The position numbers and the translations under genes were made by a program. Below, in pieces: positions 1-9,199 of a DNA stretch of 64,000 bases. Source of the DNA: Patescibacteria group bacterium. Lineage in GTDB: Bacteria > Patescibacteriota > Minisyncoccia > Phycocordibacterales > UBA9973. The stretch covers positions 183,206 to 247,205 of the forward strand of contig JAGWUB010000001.1 in assembly GCA_028868715.1 (NCBI GenBank), in the 5' to 3' direction. Position 1 is the first letter of the stretch. Each line of letters begins with the position of its first letter. The notes under the pieces are model-generated. The model was not told the DNA's origin. It worked only from the letters and a program-made list of their open reading frames with translations, and did not search any database.

Positions 1-1
1 T

Positions 2-571
2 TCAATTGGGCCATCAGTCGGTCGTGAGCTTACTCGAAAAGCAATTTTGGCTATTATTTTAATTTCTCTGGCGATAATCCTTTTTATTGCTTTCGCTTTT
101 AGAAAAGTTTCCAAACAAGTTTCATCTTGGAAGTATGGAGTTATTGCTATAATTACCCTTTTACATGATGTGACTATACCGATCGGGCTATTCATCGTCC
201 TCTCTCACTTTTATGGAGCCGAATTGGACACTCTGTTTGTGGTGGCCGTGCTTACTATCCTCGGTCTTTCGGTTTCAGACACGATAGTTATCTTTGATCG
301 AATTAGAGAAAATTTAAGAAACCTACCAACAAACTCCGATGTGAATTTTAGTGAAATAGTTGGTAAAAGTTTAGAGCAATCTTATGTGCGTTCTATCTGT
401 ACATCCTTGACTGTCATTATTGTGCTACTTGTCTTGTTCTTTTTCGGCCCAGCGACTACAAAATATTTTGCTTTGATGTTGACGACCGGAATGTTCTTCG
501 GCACGTACTCTTCAATCTTCCTAGCTTCACCACTTTTGGTGTGGGTAGAAGAATGGCAAAAAAAGAGCTAG
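2..571 (+). CDS. secF: Protein-export membrane protein SecF, C-terminal part (5' end off-window)
   Basis: The reading frame is open from base 2. It contains the SecD/SecF C-terminal motif 'SVSDTIVIFDRIRENLRN' and several TM helices. The upstream frame translates as 'IGPSVGRELTRKAIL', which is typical of SecF. Confidence 0.7.
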   Translation, partial: SIGPSVGRELTRKAILAIILISLAIILFIAFAFRKVSKQVSSWKYGVIAIITLLHDVTIPIGLFIVLSHFYGAELDTLFVVAVLTILGLSVSDTIVIFDRIRENLRNLPTNSDVNFSEIVGKSLEQSYVRSICTSLTVIIVLLVLFFFGPATTKYFALMLTTGMFFGTYSSIFLASPLLVWVEEWQKKS

Positions 572-604
572 TATTTTTCACTTTTTTGTGGTACAATATA
601 ACAC

Positions 605-1153
605 ATGAAATACATTTTTATTATTTTAGGTGTCTTGGTTTTGTGGGTAGTCTTTATTTATAATAGTTTTGTTACGTTGGTTAATCGCACTAAGGAAGCT
701 TGGGCAGATATTGAAGTGCAATTAAAAAGGAGATATGATTTGATCCCAAATTTAGTAAACACTGTAAAAGGGTATGCCGCACATGAATCTAGTGCTTTTG
801 AAAATGTAACTAAGGCTCGAGCTATGGCTTTGGGTGCTTCGGGCGTAGCTGAAAAAGGGCAGGCAGAAAATATGCTAACTGGCGCGCTCAAATCCGTATT
901 TGCAATTGCTGAAGCTTATCCAGAATTAAAAGCTAACCAAAATTTTCTAGCTTTACAACAAGAGCTCTCTGATACAGAAAATAAAATTCAATCAGCTCGC
1001 AGGTTTTATAATGGCAATGTTCGTGATTTAAACATAAAAATGGAATCTTTTCCTGCAAACATTCTCGCAAGTATTTTTCATTTCTCTAAAATGGAATTCT
1101 TTGATCTCGCAGAAGGTGATGCTGCCCAAAATCCCGTAGCAGTAAAGTTTTAA
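605..1153 (+). CDS. lemA: LemA family protein
   Basis: N-terminal TM helix followed by a 'LVNRTKEAWADIEVQLKRRYDLIPNLV' LemA-type core. Length 182 aa. Confidence 0.8.
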   Translation: MKYIFIILGVLVLWVVFIYNSFVTLVNRTKEAWADIEVQLKRRYDLIPNLVNTVKGYAAHESSAFENVTKARAMALGASGVAEKGQAENMLTGALKSVFAIAEAYPELKANQNFLALQQELSDTENKIQSARRFYNGNVRDLNIKMESFPANILASIFHFSKMEFFDLAEGDAAQNPVAVKF

Positions 1154-2040
1154 TGGCTAGTTTATATACACAACAATCGAAAAATGTTACAAAAACTTGG
1201 TTGCTAATGACCGTGTTTTTTGTGGTTATTATTTTATTTGGTTGGTTCTTTAGCTTTTATTACGGCAATCCAAACATTCTATATTTCTTTGTTATCTTTA
1301 GCATTTTAATGAATATCTTTTCCTACTGGTTTTCAGATAAAATTGTACTCAAGCTCGCCGGCGCCAAAGAGGCCAAAAGGGAAGAGTACTTTGACCTATA
1401 TACCAGCGTAGAGAATCTTTCTATTACGGCTGGCCTGCCAATGCCAAAAGTTTACGTGGTGCAAGATGAGGCGCCAAATGCCTTTGCGACTGGGAGAGAT
1501 AAAAATCACGCAGTGGTTTGCGCCACTACTGGGCTCTTAGCAATTTTAGATAAAACAGAGCTAGAAGGTGTGCTGGCACACGAACTTTCCCATATTGGCA
1601 ATCGTGATATGTTGCTTTCCACTGTCGTCGTAGTTTTAGTTGGCTTTATTACTATCCTGGCGGATGTATTCACCCGCAGTTTATTTTTTGGTGGCAACTC
1701 GAGAGATAGAGAAAATAACGGGGGAGCTATATTAATGATTGTTGGAATTATTCTTTCAATTTTAGCGCCAATCTTTGCTATGCTTATCCAGCTCGCAATT
1801 TCTAGAAAGCGTGAATTTTTGGCGGATGCTTCTGGGGCACTACTTACTAGGTATCCAGAAGGACTCGCCAACGCGCTCAAAAAAATAGGACAGTACTCAC
1901 AACCAATGGTGCGTCAATCGACAGCGATTGCTCACCTTTATATTGCTGATCCCAAAGGATCAAATCTCGGTAAAAAAATCAGTGGCCTTTTTGCGACCCA
2001 TCCACCGATAGAGGAAAGAATCAAGGCTCTAATTGGTTAA
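1153..2040 (+). CDS. htpX: Zinc metalloprotease HtpX (M48 family)
   Basis: HEXXH motif 'AHELSHI', four TM segments and a C-terminal 'ATHPPIEERIKAL' signature. Confidence 0.85.
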   Translation: MASLYTQQSKNVTKTWLLMTVFFVVIILFGWFFSFYYGNPNILYFFVIFSILMNIFSYWFSDKIVLKLAGAKEAKREEYFDLYTSVENLSITAGLPMPKVYVVQDEAPNAFATGRDKNHAVVCATTGLLAILDKTELEGVLAHELSHIGNRDMLLSTVVVVLVGFITILADVFTRSLFFGGNSRDRENNGGAILMIVGIILSILAPIFAMLIQLAISRKREFLADASGALLTRYPEGLANALKKIGQYSQPMVRQSTAIAHLYIADPKGSNLGKKISGLFATHPPIEERIKALIG

Positions 2041-2077
2041 ATAGAAATTTTCTCCTTAGTTTGCTATACTTTCTCGT

Positions 2078-2350
2078 ATGGATATTAAAGACGTAGAGAA
2101 GCTGGCGGAGCTGGCGAGAATTGAGCTTTCTGCTCCCGAAAAAGAGTCAATGCTTCATGACATGAAGGGCATTTTGGACTATGTGAAAGTCATAGAATCA
2201 GTTGAAGTTGAGGATATATTGCCAGATTATAAATTACACAATGTATGGCGAGAAGATAAACATATACCAAGAGAATTCTCCCATGATTCTATAATAGAAC
2301 AATTTCCAGATTCGCAGGATGGATTTTTGAAAGTAAAAAAGATCTTATGA
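2078..2350 (+). CDS. gatC: Asp/Glu-tRNA amidotransferase subunit C
   Basis: Encodes 90 aa and sits immediately upstream of gatA with overlapping stop/start. The N-terminus is GatC-like. Confidence 0.75.
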   Translation: MDIKDVEKLAELARIELSAPEKESMLHDMKGILDYVKVIESVEVEDILPDYKLHNVWREDKHIPREFSHDSIIEQFPDSQDGFLKVKKIL

Positions 2351-3762
2351 TTGATTTAAAAAAGTTAACAATTGAAAAAGCGCACCAGAGTCTTTTAAAT
2401 GGAGAATTTACTTGCCGAGAACTGACAGCAGCGTATCTGGAAGCTATCGATAAAAAAAATCCTGAACTGAATGCTTACCTAGAAATTTTTAATGATGCTC
2501 TTCTGCAGGCCGATCTTGCCGATAAAAAATTTAAAGACAAAACTGCCACCCTGCTTACCGGCATACCTTTTGCTATTAAGGACAACATTTTAATACAAGG
2601 TAATATTGCTTCGGCTGGTTCAAAAATTTTAGAAAATTATAAGGCGAGCTATGATGCGACGGTTATCAAAGATTTAAAAAAAGCTGGAGTAGTATTTTTA
2701 GGGCGCACAAATATGGATGAATTCGCCATGGGTTCTTCTACTCAAACTTCTGCCTATGGAGTGACTCGTAACCCCATAGATACTTCTAGAGTCCCTGGAG
2801 GGTCCTCTGGTGGTTCTGCAGCGGCGCTAGCCGGAGATATTGCTTTGGCTGCTCTAGGGACTGAGACCTGTGGTTCGGTTCGTGAACCTTCAGCCTTTTG
2901 TGGATTAGTCGGATTAAAGCCTACCTATGGAGCAGTTTCTAGGCATGGAATAATTGCTATGGGGAATTCTCTTGATCAGGTTTCTCCATTTGGAAAAGAC
3001 GTGCGGGATACCGAAATAATTTTTGATCTCTTGTCTCGACACGATGAAGAAGATAGTACTTCAGTTCCGGAAGATTTGCGTAAGGTAACAAATAAAACAA
3101 ATTCTAAAAAGATCGGTGTGCCTTGGCATCTCTTCTCCGAGGGAGTGGATAAAGAAGTAGCAGAGAATTTTAAAGAGTCCATAGAAAAACTCAAAAAAGC
3201 TGGGTATGAAATAGTGGATATAGAAATTCCATATTCAAAATATTCCTTGGCAGCATACTATATAATAATGCCAGCAGAAGTTTCTACAAACCTAGCTCGC
3301 TTTGATGGAATTCGCTATGGCTTTAGTTCTCCAGGGAAGGATTTAATGGAAGTTTATAAAAGTAGTCGAGCCAAAGGTTTTGGCAAGGAGGCTCGCCGAC
3401 GTATCTTGCTCGGTACCTATGTACTTTCTCATGGATATTATGACGCCTATTACAACAAGGCTATAAAAGTAAGAGAAAAAATAAAAGCTGAAATTATGAC
3501 TGCCTTCCAAAATGTTGATTATATTCTTACCCCGACGGTGCCAATGACAGCATTTAAGCTGGGTGAAAAAATGGATAACCCGGTGTCTATGTATCTGTGC
3601 GATATATTTTCGGCTCCAGCCAATTTGTCTGGAGTGCCCTCTATTGCTCTGCCTTCAGGCCGGTCAACCGAAGGCCTACCTTTCTCGATCCAGTTTATGG
3701 CACCACATTTTCGTGAGGATCTGCTATTTGAGATTGGTAAAAAATTTGAGGAAATTCAATAA
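2347..3762 (+). CDS. gatA: Glutamyl-tRNA(Gln) amidotransferase subunit A
   Basis: Amidase signature 'GGSSGGSAAA' with the GatA catalytic core. Length 471 aa. Confidence 0.9.
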   Translation: MIDLKKLTIEKAHQSLLNGEFTCRELTAAYLEAIDKKNPELNAYLEIFNDALLQADLADKKFKDKTATLLTGIPFAIKDNILIQGNIASAGSKILENYKASYDATVIKDLKKAGVVFLGRTNMDEFAMGSSTQTSAYGVTRNPIDTSRVPGGSSGGSAAALAGDIALAALGTETCGSVREPSAFCGLVGLKPTYGAVSRHGIIAMGNSLDQVSPFGKDVRDTEIIFDLLSRHDEEDSTSVPEDLRKVTNKTNSKKIGVPWHLFSEGVDKEVAENFKESIEKLKKAGYEIVDIEIPYSKYSLAAYYIIMPAEVSTNLARFDGIRYGFSSPGKDLMEVYKSSRAKGFGKEARRRILLGTYVLSHGYYDAYYNKAIKVREKIKAEIMTAFQNVDYILTPTVPMTAFKLGEKMDNPVSMYLCDIFSAPANLSGVPSIALPSGRSTEGLPFSIQFMAPHFREDLLFEIGKKFEEIQ

Positions 3763-3799
3763 AACAAAGAGAAATAAAGCTGTGTTATACTAATAGAAC

Positions 3800-4447
3800 A
3801 TGAATCCACCACAAACGTTTGATCAAAATAATATACTCCAAGGTACATTTTTGGGTTCAAAATATTTCAATCCATTTTATTTATTTGATCAAGGATATTT
3901 ATTTTTTCAGAATCTCTATTATATTATCACTAGCAATCAAGTTAGAAATCTTTATTACTTTATTATTTTTTTGCTGGCAACATTTTTTCTAACATTGATT
4001 ATCTATTGCATAATTAGATTATTTGAAATCAGGAAAAAAGAGCAAGCGCACTTGGAGCATGAGATTGCGGAATATGCTCACCACAAAGCTGAACGTGAGA
4101 AAAAAATGCAGGCAGGGGAAGGGGGAGTGTCTGACAATCCTAGATGGATGGAGACTTTAAATTATCTTTTCTCAAATAATCCAAGTGACTGGAAGCTCGC
4201 CATTATGGAAGCTGATTCAATGCTTGATAGTTTATTGGACCAACTAGGGTTCAGAGGTGAGAATCTCGGCGAAAAATTAAAGTCGGCTACGCAAGATAAG
4301 TTTCGAAATTTAAGTGCCGCATGGGAAGTACACACGATAAGAAACAGAATAGCCCACGAAGGCCTATCTTATGAAATATCGCAACATGAAGCCAAGAGAG
4401 TGATTGCTCTGTATGAGAGAATCTTTCGAGATTATGGTTTTATTTAG
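3800..4447 (+). CDS. Hypothetical membrane-anchored protein with C-terminal HEPN-like Rx4H motif
   Basis: N-terminal TM segment. The C-terminal helical domain ends with 'TIRNRIAHEG', matching the R-x4-H HEPN pattern. Confidence 0.4.
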   Translation: MNPPQTFDQNNILQGTFLGSKYFNPFYLFDQGYLFFQNLYYIITSNQVRNLYYFIIFLLATFFLTLIIYCIIRLFEIRKKEQAHLEHEIAEYAHHKAEREKKMQAGEGGVSDNPRWMETLNYLFSNNPSDWKLAIMEADSMLDSLLDQLGFRGENLGEKLKSATQDKFRNLSAAWEVHTIRNRIAHEGLSYEISQHEAKRVIALYERIFRDYGFI

Positions 4448-4472
4448 TTACTTTGTTGCCAAGGGCAGACCA

Positions 4473-4506
4473 TAGAGCCGAATCGAACGGCCGTCTTAAG
4501 GTTATG
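4473..4506 (-). repeat. Tandem partial copy of the tRNA-Met 3' half (anticodon loop to T-arm)
   Basis: 31 nt of 4476..4506 is identical to the corresponding part of the adjacent tRNA. It lies 12 nt from the tRNA 3' end. Confidence 0.6.
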
Positions 4507-4514
4507 AATTATTG

Positions 4515-4585
4515 TTGCGGGAGGCCGAATCGAACGGCCGTCTTAAGGTTATGAGCCTTACGAGATACCTCTTCTCCATCCCGCT
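4515..4585 (-). tRNA. tRNA-Met (anticodon CAU); CCA not encoded
   Basis: Hand fold of the minus strand gives acceptor AGCGGGA/TCCCGCA with a 1:72 mismatch and D-stem GAGA/TCTC. The anticodon stem is TAAGG/CCTTA with loop CTCATAA. The T-arm is GGCCG-TTCGATT-CGGCC. Confidence 0.6.
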
Positions 4586-4645
4586 ACGTTAGGCGTATAT
4601 TACCTCAATTTTGATTAAAAATCAAGTTTAATATATAATTGCGTC

Positions 4646-4879
4646 ATGAGTATATTTATCTCAATTTTGATTATCGTTGCTTCGATTTGTTTGATCATAG
4701 TGTCTATCCTGTTAATCACAGTCCTACTGTATATTTTAGCTCTTATTTTTACCTTGAAAGGTATTTTAGAAAAAATGGAAAAAAATATTGGTTTTGCGAC
4801 TAAAACAGCCTTAAAAACTTTTTCTGAAATAAAAAATAGCCGAGCAGTCAGATTTCTTCTAAATAAGAAAAAGAAGTGA
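4646..4879 (+). CDS. Hypothetical small membrane protein
   Basis: 77-aa ORF that is hydrophobic at the N-terminus and lysine-rich at the C-terminus. It lies between two tRNA genes. Confidence 0.3.
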   Translation: MSIFISILIIVASICLIIVSILLITVLLYILALIFTLKGILEKMEKNIGFATKTALKTFSEIKNSRAVRFLLNKKKK

Positions 4880-4902
4880 ATAAATATTAAAACTATAAAT
4901 CT

Positions 4903-4991
4903 TGGCGGAGAGAGCGAGATTCGAACTCGCGGTCCTTTTAAGGGACGACAGTTTAGTAAACTGTTGGTTTAAGCCACTCACCCATCTCTCC
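4903..4991 (-). tRNA. Type II (Ser-like) tRNA with unusual anticodon loop TTACTAA (ACU); CCA encoded
   Basis: Minus strand reads GGAGAGA...GCGAG-TTCGAAT-CTCGC-TCTCTCC-G-CCA, with a long variable arm and G73 discriminator. The anticodon stem is ACAGT/ACTGT. Confidence 0.6.
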
Positions 4992-5009
4992 GTATCACTT
5001 GAAAGTATA

Positions 5010-5372
5010 TTAATTTTGCTTTTTTAGCAAGTCTCGTATTTCGATGAGCAATTTTTCTTGTCGGGTAAAATTTTGGACTTTATCGTCAACTTTACGAAAA
5101 GTATTTACAAATTTAACCAAGAGGAAAATACAGAAAGCAATAATAACAAAGTCGAGCGCGGCGCTAATAAAATTACCAATATTCAGCTGCCATAATTTAA
5201 GGTTACTAAATTCACTACCCTTCATAATCGGTTTTAGGGATGCGAGGACAATATCGTTTACAAATGAAGTGATAATTTTTTGAAAAGCCCCACCGATAAC
5301 AATACCGACAGCGAGGTCGATAACGTTGCCGTGCATTACAAACTCTTTAAATTCCTTAATAAAATTTTTCAT
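5010..5372 (-). CDS. mscL: Large-conductance mechanosensitive channel
   Basis: Encodes 120 aa with an 'IDLAVGIVIGGAF' TM1 and the MscL architecture. Confidence 0.85.
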   Translation of the reverse strand: MKNFIKEFKEFVMHGNVIDLAVGIVIGGAFQKIITSFVNDIVLASLKPIMKGSEFSNLKLWQLNIGNFISAALDFVIIAFCIFLLVKFVNTFRKVDDKVQNFTRQEKLLIEIRDLLKKQN

Positions 5373-5464
5373 AAGCCTATTTTAGCGTATTTTTATATTT
5401 TAGTCACTATCATGAAAAAACGCAGGAAATATGTTAAAGTAGTTAGGTTATTTAGGTAACAAAT

Positions 5465-5553
5465 GGAGCCGTGTCAGAGTGGTCTAACGTACCTCTTTGC
5501 TAAAGAGGCAGGGGCTTCAAAACCCCTCGACGGTTCGAATCCGTCCGGCTCCG
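5465..5553 (+). tRNA. tRNA-Ser (anticodon GCU)
   Basis: Acceptor GGAGCCG/CGGCTCC. Anticodon stem CCTCT/AGAGG with loop TTGCTAA. Long variable arm. T-arm GACGG-TTCGAAT-CCGTC and G73 discriminator. Confidence 0.75.
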
Positions 5554-5747
5554 CACCAGTTTTAGTCTTGAAAAAGCTCCATTTTTTTGTTATAATGGCG
5601 TTATGAACGCTAATAATAAAGATAATCAAGACGACGAGAATAGGACCAACAATCAAAACAATACTAGCGCCAATAACAAAAAAAACCCTAGTACTGGAAA
5701 TTACGAAGAAGAAGAGGAGGAGAAGGCTAAAACCGAAGAATAATTTT

Positions 5748-7196
5748 ATGTCAAAATTTACGAATAAAATACCAAAATTTTTAAAATCCAAGTGGGTGCT
5801 TGGAGCAATTGGGCTGGTCATCCTTGTTATCGGTACCTATTTTGTTTTTTTTCACAAAACTATCAAATATCAATTTATAACCGTAAATCAAGGATCTATT
5901 ACTGAATCAGTATCTCTAACAGGTAACACCACTCCTTCGCAAAGTGTGTCTTTGGCTTTTGGAAGTAGTGGAATTATCTCTAATATATATTCTTCACTTG
6001 GAAAACAAGTTCAAAAAGGACAAGTATTAGCCGAGCTTAATATGAAGGATTTAATGGCTCAATTACACAATGCCCAAGCAGGCCTTACAATCGCCAAACA
6101 AAATGCAAATACTACAGAAAGCAATCTTGTTAATATTACCGCTGAGCAAGATGCAATTGTTGCAAGTGCGCGACAAAGTTTATATGGTAATTTTGTCGCG
6201 GCGCTTTCTGGGAATGTATCTACCTCAAATGTCGCACCGACTATTTCTGGTTCGTATACTGGAACGGTTGATGGGTCATATATTGTTCAAGTTTATTCTT
6301 CAAATTCATCAAACGGTGGTTCACTTAGTTATTCTGGATTAGAGTCTGGCACTGCGTCACTCAGCACAAATACTGCAGTACCACTAGGCACTCATGGACT
6401 TTTTATAAGTTTCCCCACATCCGCCCCGATAGGTACTTACGTCAATACCACCTGGACAGTTAATGTTCCCAATACCAGCTGGAATGGATATGCATCTGCT
6501 TTAAAGAATTATCAAACTGCATTACAGACTCGGGATAAAGTTATCGCCACCGCACAAGCCAACATAGGCACGACTGATTCGTCTGTTGTGCAAGCACAAA
6601 TTGAGCAAGCCCAAGCTAGTGTTGAAAGCGTGCAAGCCAAAATACAAAATTCACAAATTATCGCACCTATTACTGGTACCATTACTCAATTTGATGCAAA
6701 AGTTGGACAGCTTGCCTCACCAAGTACACCACTTGTTTCGATTATATCCAATAATAATTATGAGATAGATGCTGGGGTCTCTGAAACCGATGTTGGGAAA
6801 ATTTTAGTTGGCAATAAGGCTACCATAACCCTCGATGCATTTCCAAATGAAACCTTTACCGGATCGGTATTTTATATAGCCCCAGCAGAAAGTAATGTTC
6901 AAGGAGTAGTAAATTATCAAACAAAAATTTCATTCGATAAACTGGACCCTAGATTAAAGAGTGGTCTTACTGCAAATATAAATATACAAACAAGGCATAA
7001 AGATAACATTTTAATCCTTCCTCAGTATGCTATTTTGCAAAATGATCAAGGTACATTTGTGGAAACACTTGAAAATAATAAAGTTAAACAAAACCCAGTA
7101 ACTTTAGGTATCTCAGATGAAAAGGGTAATGTGGAGGTCATCTCTGGGGTAACCAAAGGTGAACAAGTTTTAAATATTGGACTTAAGGTAAAATGA
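5748..7196 (+). CDS. Efflux transporter periplasmic adaptor (HlyD/MacA family) with internal S/T/N-rich insertion
   Basis: N-terminal TM followed by coiled-coil and beta-barrel regions. It is translationally coupled to the downstream ABC ATPase. An insert of about 95 aa lies at roughly 6225..6513. Confidence 0.7.
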   Translation: MSKFTNKIPKFLKSKWVLGAIGLVILVIGTYFVFFHKTIKYQFITVNQGSITESVSLTGNTTPSQSVSLAFGSSGIISNIYSSLGKQVQKGQVLAELNMKDLMAQLHNAQAGLTIAKQNANTTESNLVNITAEQDAIVASARQSLYGNFVAALSGNVSTSNVAPTISGSYTGTVDGSYIVQVYSSNSSNGGSLSYSGLESGTASLSTNTAVPLGTHGLFISFPTSAPIGTYVNTTWTVNVPNTSWNGYASALKNYQTALQTRDKVIATAQANIGTTDSSVVQAQIEQAQASVESVQAKIQNSQIIAPITGTITQFDAKVGQLASPSTPLVSIISNNNYEIDAGVSETDVGKILVGNKATITLDAFPNETFTGSVFYIAPAESNVQGVVNYQTKISFDKLDPRLKSGLTANINIQTRHKDNILILPQYAILQNDQGTFVETLENNKVKQNPVTLGISDEKGNVEVISGVTKGEQVLNIGLKVK

Positions 7197-7903
7197 TTGA
7201 GATCAATCATCTAACAAAAGAATATATTCTGGAGGAGGAAGTGCCGACCAAAGCTTTGCGTGGCGTAACTCTCTCAATTCAAAAAGGGGAATTTGTTTCC
7301 ATTATGGGTCCCTCTGGTTCTGGTAAATCGACACTTCTGCATATCATGAGTTTTTTAGATAGACCTACAGCAGGATCGTATAAATTCCAAGGGAAAAGCA
7401 TTGATGAGATGACTGACCAAGAACTGGCCCATGTTCGCAACTCAGACATGGGTTTTGTATTTCAATCATTCAATTTACTTTCTCGCTTAACGGTATATGA
7501 TAACGTAGAAATACCACTTCTGTATTCTAACGTTCCACCAACAAAACGTAAAAAACTTGTAGAAGACGCGATCAAGTCAGTGGGTCTCGAAGAAAAAACT
7601 TATATCGAGGCTGGCAAACTCTCTGGGGGACAGAAGCAACGCGTAGCTATTGCTCGAGCACTAGTGGTGGATCCTAATGTTATTTTTGCCGATGAACCTA
7701 CTGGAAACCTTGATTCACAATCAGGATTACAGGTTATGGAAATACTTGAATCACTTAATGCTAAGGGGCGTACAGTCATACTGGTTACTCACGAAACTCA
7801 AACTGCCGAATTTGCGAACCGCATAATTAAAATAAAAGATGGAGTGGTCGAAAGTGATAAAATAATTACGGCCAAACGTCAGCCTGCTGGCAATTTAAAA
7901 TAA
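7193..7903 (+). CDS. ABC transporter ATP-binding protein (MacB/LolD-like)
   Basis: Walker A 'GPSGSGKST', signature '[15 protein letters not shown]' and Walker B 'IFADEPT'. Confidence 0.9.
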   Translation: MIEINHLTKEYILEEEVPTKALRGVTLSIQKGEFVSIMGPSGSGKSTLLHIMSFLDRPTAGSYKFQGKSIDEMTDQELAHVRNSDMGFVFQSFNLLSRLTVYDNVEIPLLYSNVPPTKRKKLVEDAIKSVGLEEKTYIEAGKLSGGQKQRVAIARALVVDPNVIFADEPTGNLDSQSGLQVMEILESLNAKGRTVILVTHETQTAEFANRIIKIKDGVVESDKIITAKRQPAGNLK

Positions 7904-7904
7904 T

Positions 7905-9155
7905 ATGCTTTTTAGAGATGCTTTTAAAACCTCAATCAGAAGTTTAACACATGGAAAAATGCGTTCTATTTTAACCATGCTAGGTGTTGTTATCGGTATA
8001 GCTTCAGTAATTATCCTTATGTCAATTGGACAATCAGCCCAAAATTTAATTTTGGGTCAAGTGCAAAGTATTGGCTCCAATCTCATTATCATCATGCCTG
8101 GGGCACCAAGTAATGGAAAATTCTCTGCTCCAGCTTCTGCCCAAGGAGTGGTTATTACTAGTTTACAAGAAAGAGATGTCGAAGCGTTAGGGCGAGAATC
8201 TTCCGTAGATGCCGCCGCTGCGCTGGTTAGTGGGCAAGCAGAAGTAGTTTATGGGAATAATAATAAAACAGTAAGCTACCAAGGGGTGAGTGCTAATATG
8301 TTTGCCGTGCGAAATTTAACGGTAGGCAAAGGTTTTATATTTTCAAAAGGGGATGTAGATTCTGTAAATCACGTGGCAGTTATTGGGCCTGATCTTGCCA
8401 CAACTCTTTTTGGTCCTGCCCTTAACCCAATTGATAAAATAATTAGAATGAAAAATGTATCTTTTAGAGTGATCGGAGTTCTTAGTAAGGGGGGTATTGG
8501 TGCCTTTGGTGTTGATCAAGGGAACATAGTGATCATTCCAATTACTGTTGCCCAAAAACAATTACTTGGATTTTCTTATTTAAATACTATTTTAGTTCAA
8601 GCAAATGCAAGTTATGATATTGATTTTGTTAAATCACGTATAACCTTTGCCTTACGCCAGAATCATGGGATAACTGATCCAAACAAAGATGATTTTAATA
8701 TACGAACTCAAGCTGATGTTCTGTCTATCTTAGGTAGTATTACTTCTATTCTTACGTTATTTTTGGCATCCATAGCCTCTATATCTCTTGTCGTTGGCGG
8801 TATTGGTATTATGAATATAATGCTCGTCTCTGTGACTGAGAGAACTAGGGAGATAGGACTCCGTAAGGCTGTCGGCGCGACAAATGGCGATATTATAAAA
8901 CAATTTCTTATTGAGTCTGTTTTATTAACTTTTATAGGTGGTTTTGTAGGTATCACTGTCGGCGCAGGAATTGTTGGTCTTGTTTACTTTGTTCTTACAA
9001 CTTTCTTTCCTTCTTTGGGTTGGGTTTTCGCTTTTCCTATTTCATCTGTGATTTTGGGGTTGATAGTTTCCGGTATAGCCGGAATCGCTTTTGGAATCTA
9101 TCCAGCCTATCAAGCTGGTAAGAAAAATCCGATTGATGCCCTACGCTATGAATAA
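7905..9155 (+). CDS. ABC transporter permease (MacB/FtsX family)
   Basis: N-terminal TM, a large periplasmic domain and a C-terminal FtsX-like four-TM bundle. Confidence 0.85.
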   Translation: MLFRDAFKTSIRSLTHGKMRSILTMLGVVIGIASVIILMSIGQSAQNLILGQVQSIGSNLIIIMPGAPSNGKFSAPASAQGVVITSLQERDVEALGRESSVDAAAALVSGQAEVVYGNNNKTVSYQGVSANMFAVRNLTVGKGFIFSKGDVDSVNHVAVIGPDLATTLFGPALNPIDKIIRMKNVSFRVIGVLSKGGIGAFGVDQGNIVIIPITVAQKQLLGFSYLNTILVQANASYDIDFVKSRITFALRQNHGITDPNKDDFNIRTQADVLSILGSITSILTLFLASIASISLVVGGIGIMNIMLVSVTERTREIGLRKAVGATNGDIIKQFLIESVLLTFIGGFVGITVGAGIVGLVYFVLTTFFPSLGWVFAFPISSVILGLIVSGIAGIAFGIYPAYQAGKKNPIDALRYE

Positions 9156-9199
9156 GTGTAGAATTTTAAGTCGTTGGTATTTTATGCTATAGTCTCTTT

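Noticed and set aside
5603-5743. 46-aa Asn/Glu-rich ORF (MNANNKDNQDDENRTNNQNN...EEEEEEKAKTEE)
   Set aside because: It is a low-complexity translation of an A-rich intergenic stretch with no motifs or structure. It could be real, but the evidence is insufficient.
5474-5821. 115-aa minus-strand ORF
   Set aside because: It overlaps the tRNA-Ser(GCU) gene and is a hydrophobic, low-complexity translation. It is most likely spurious.
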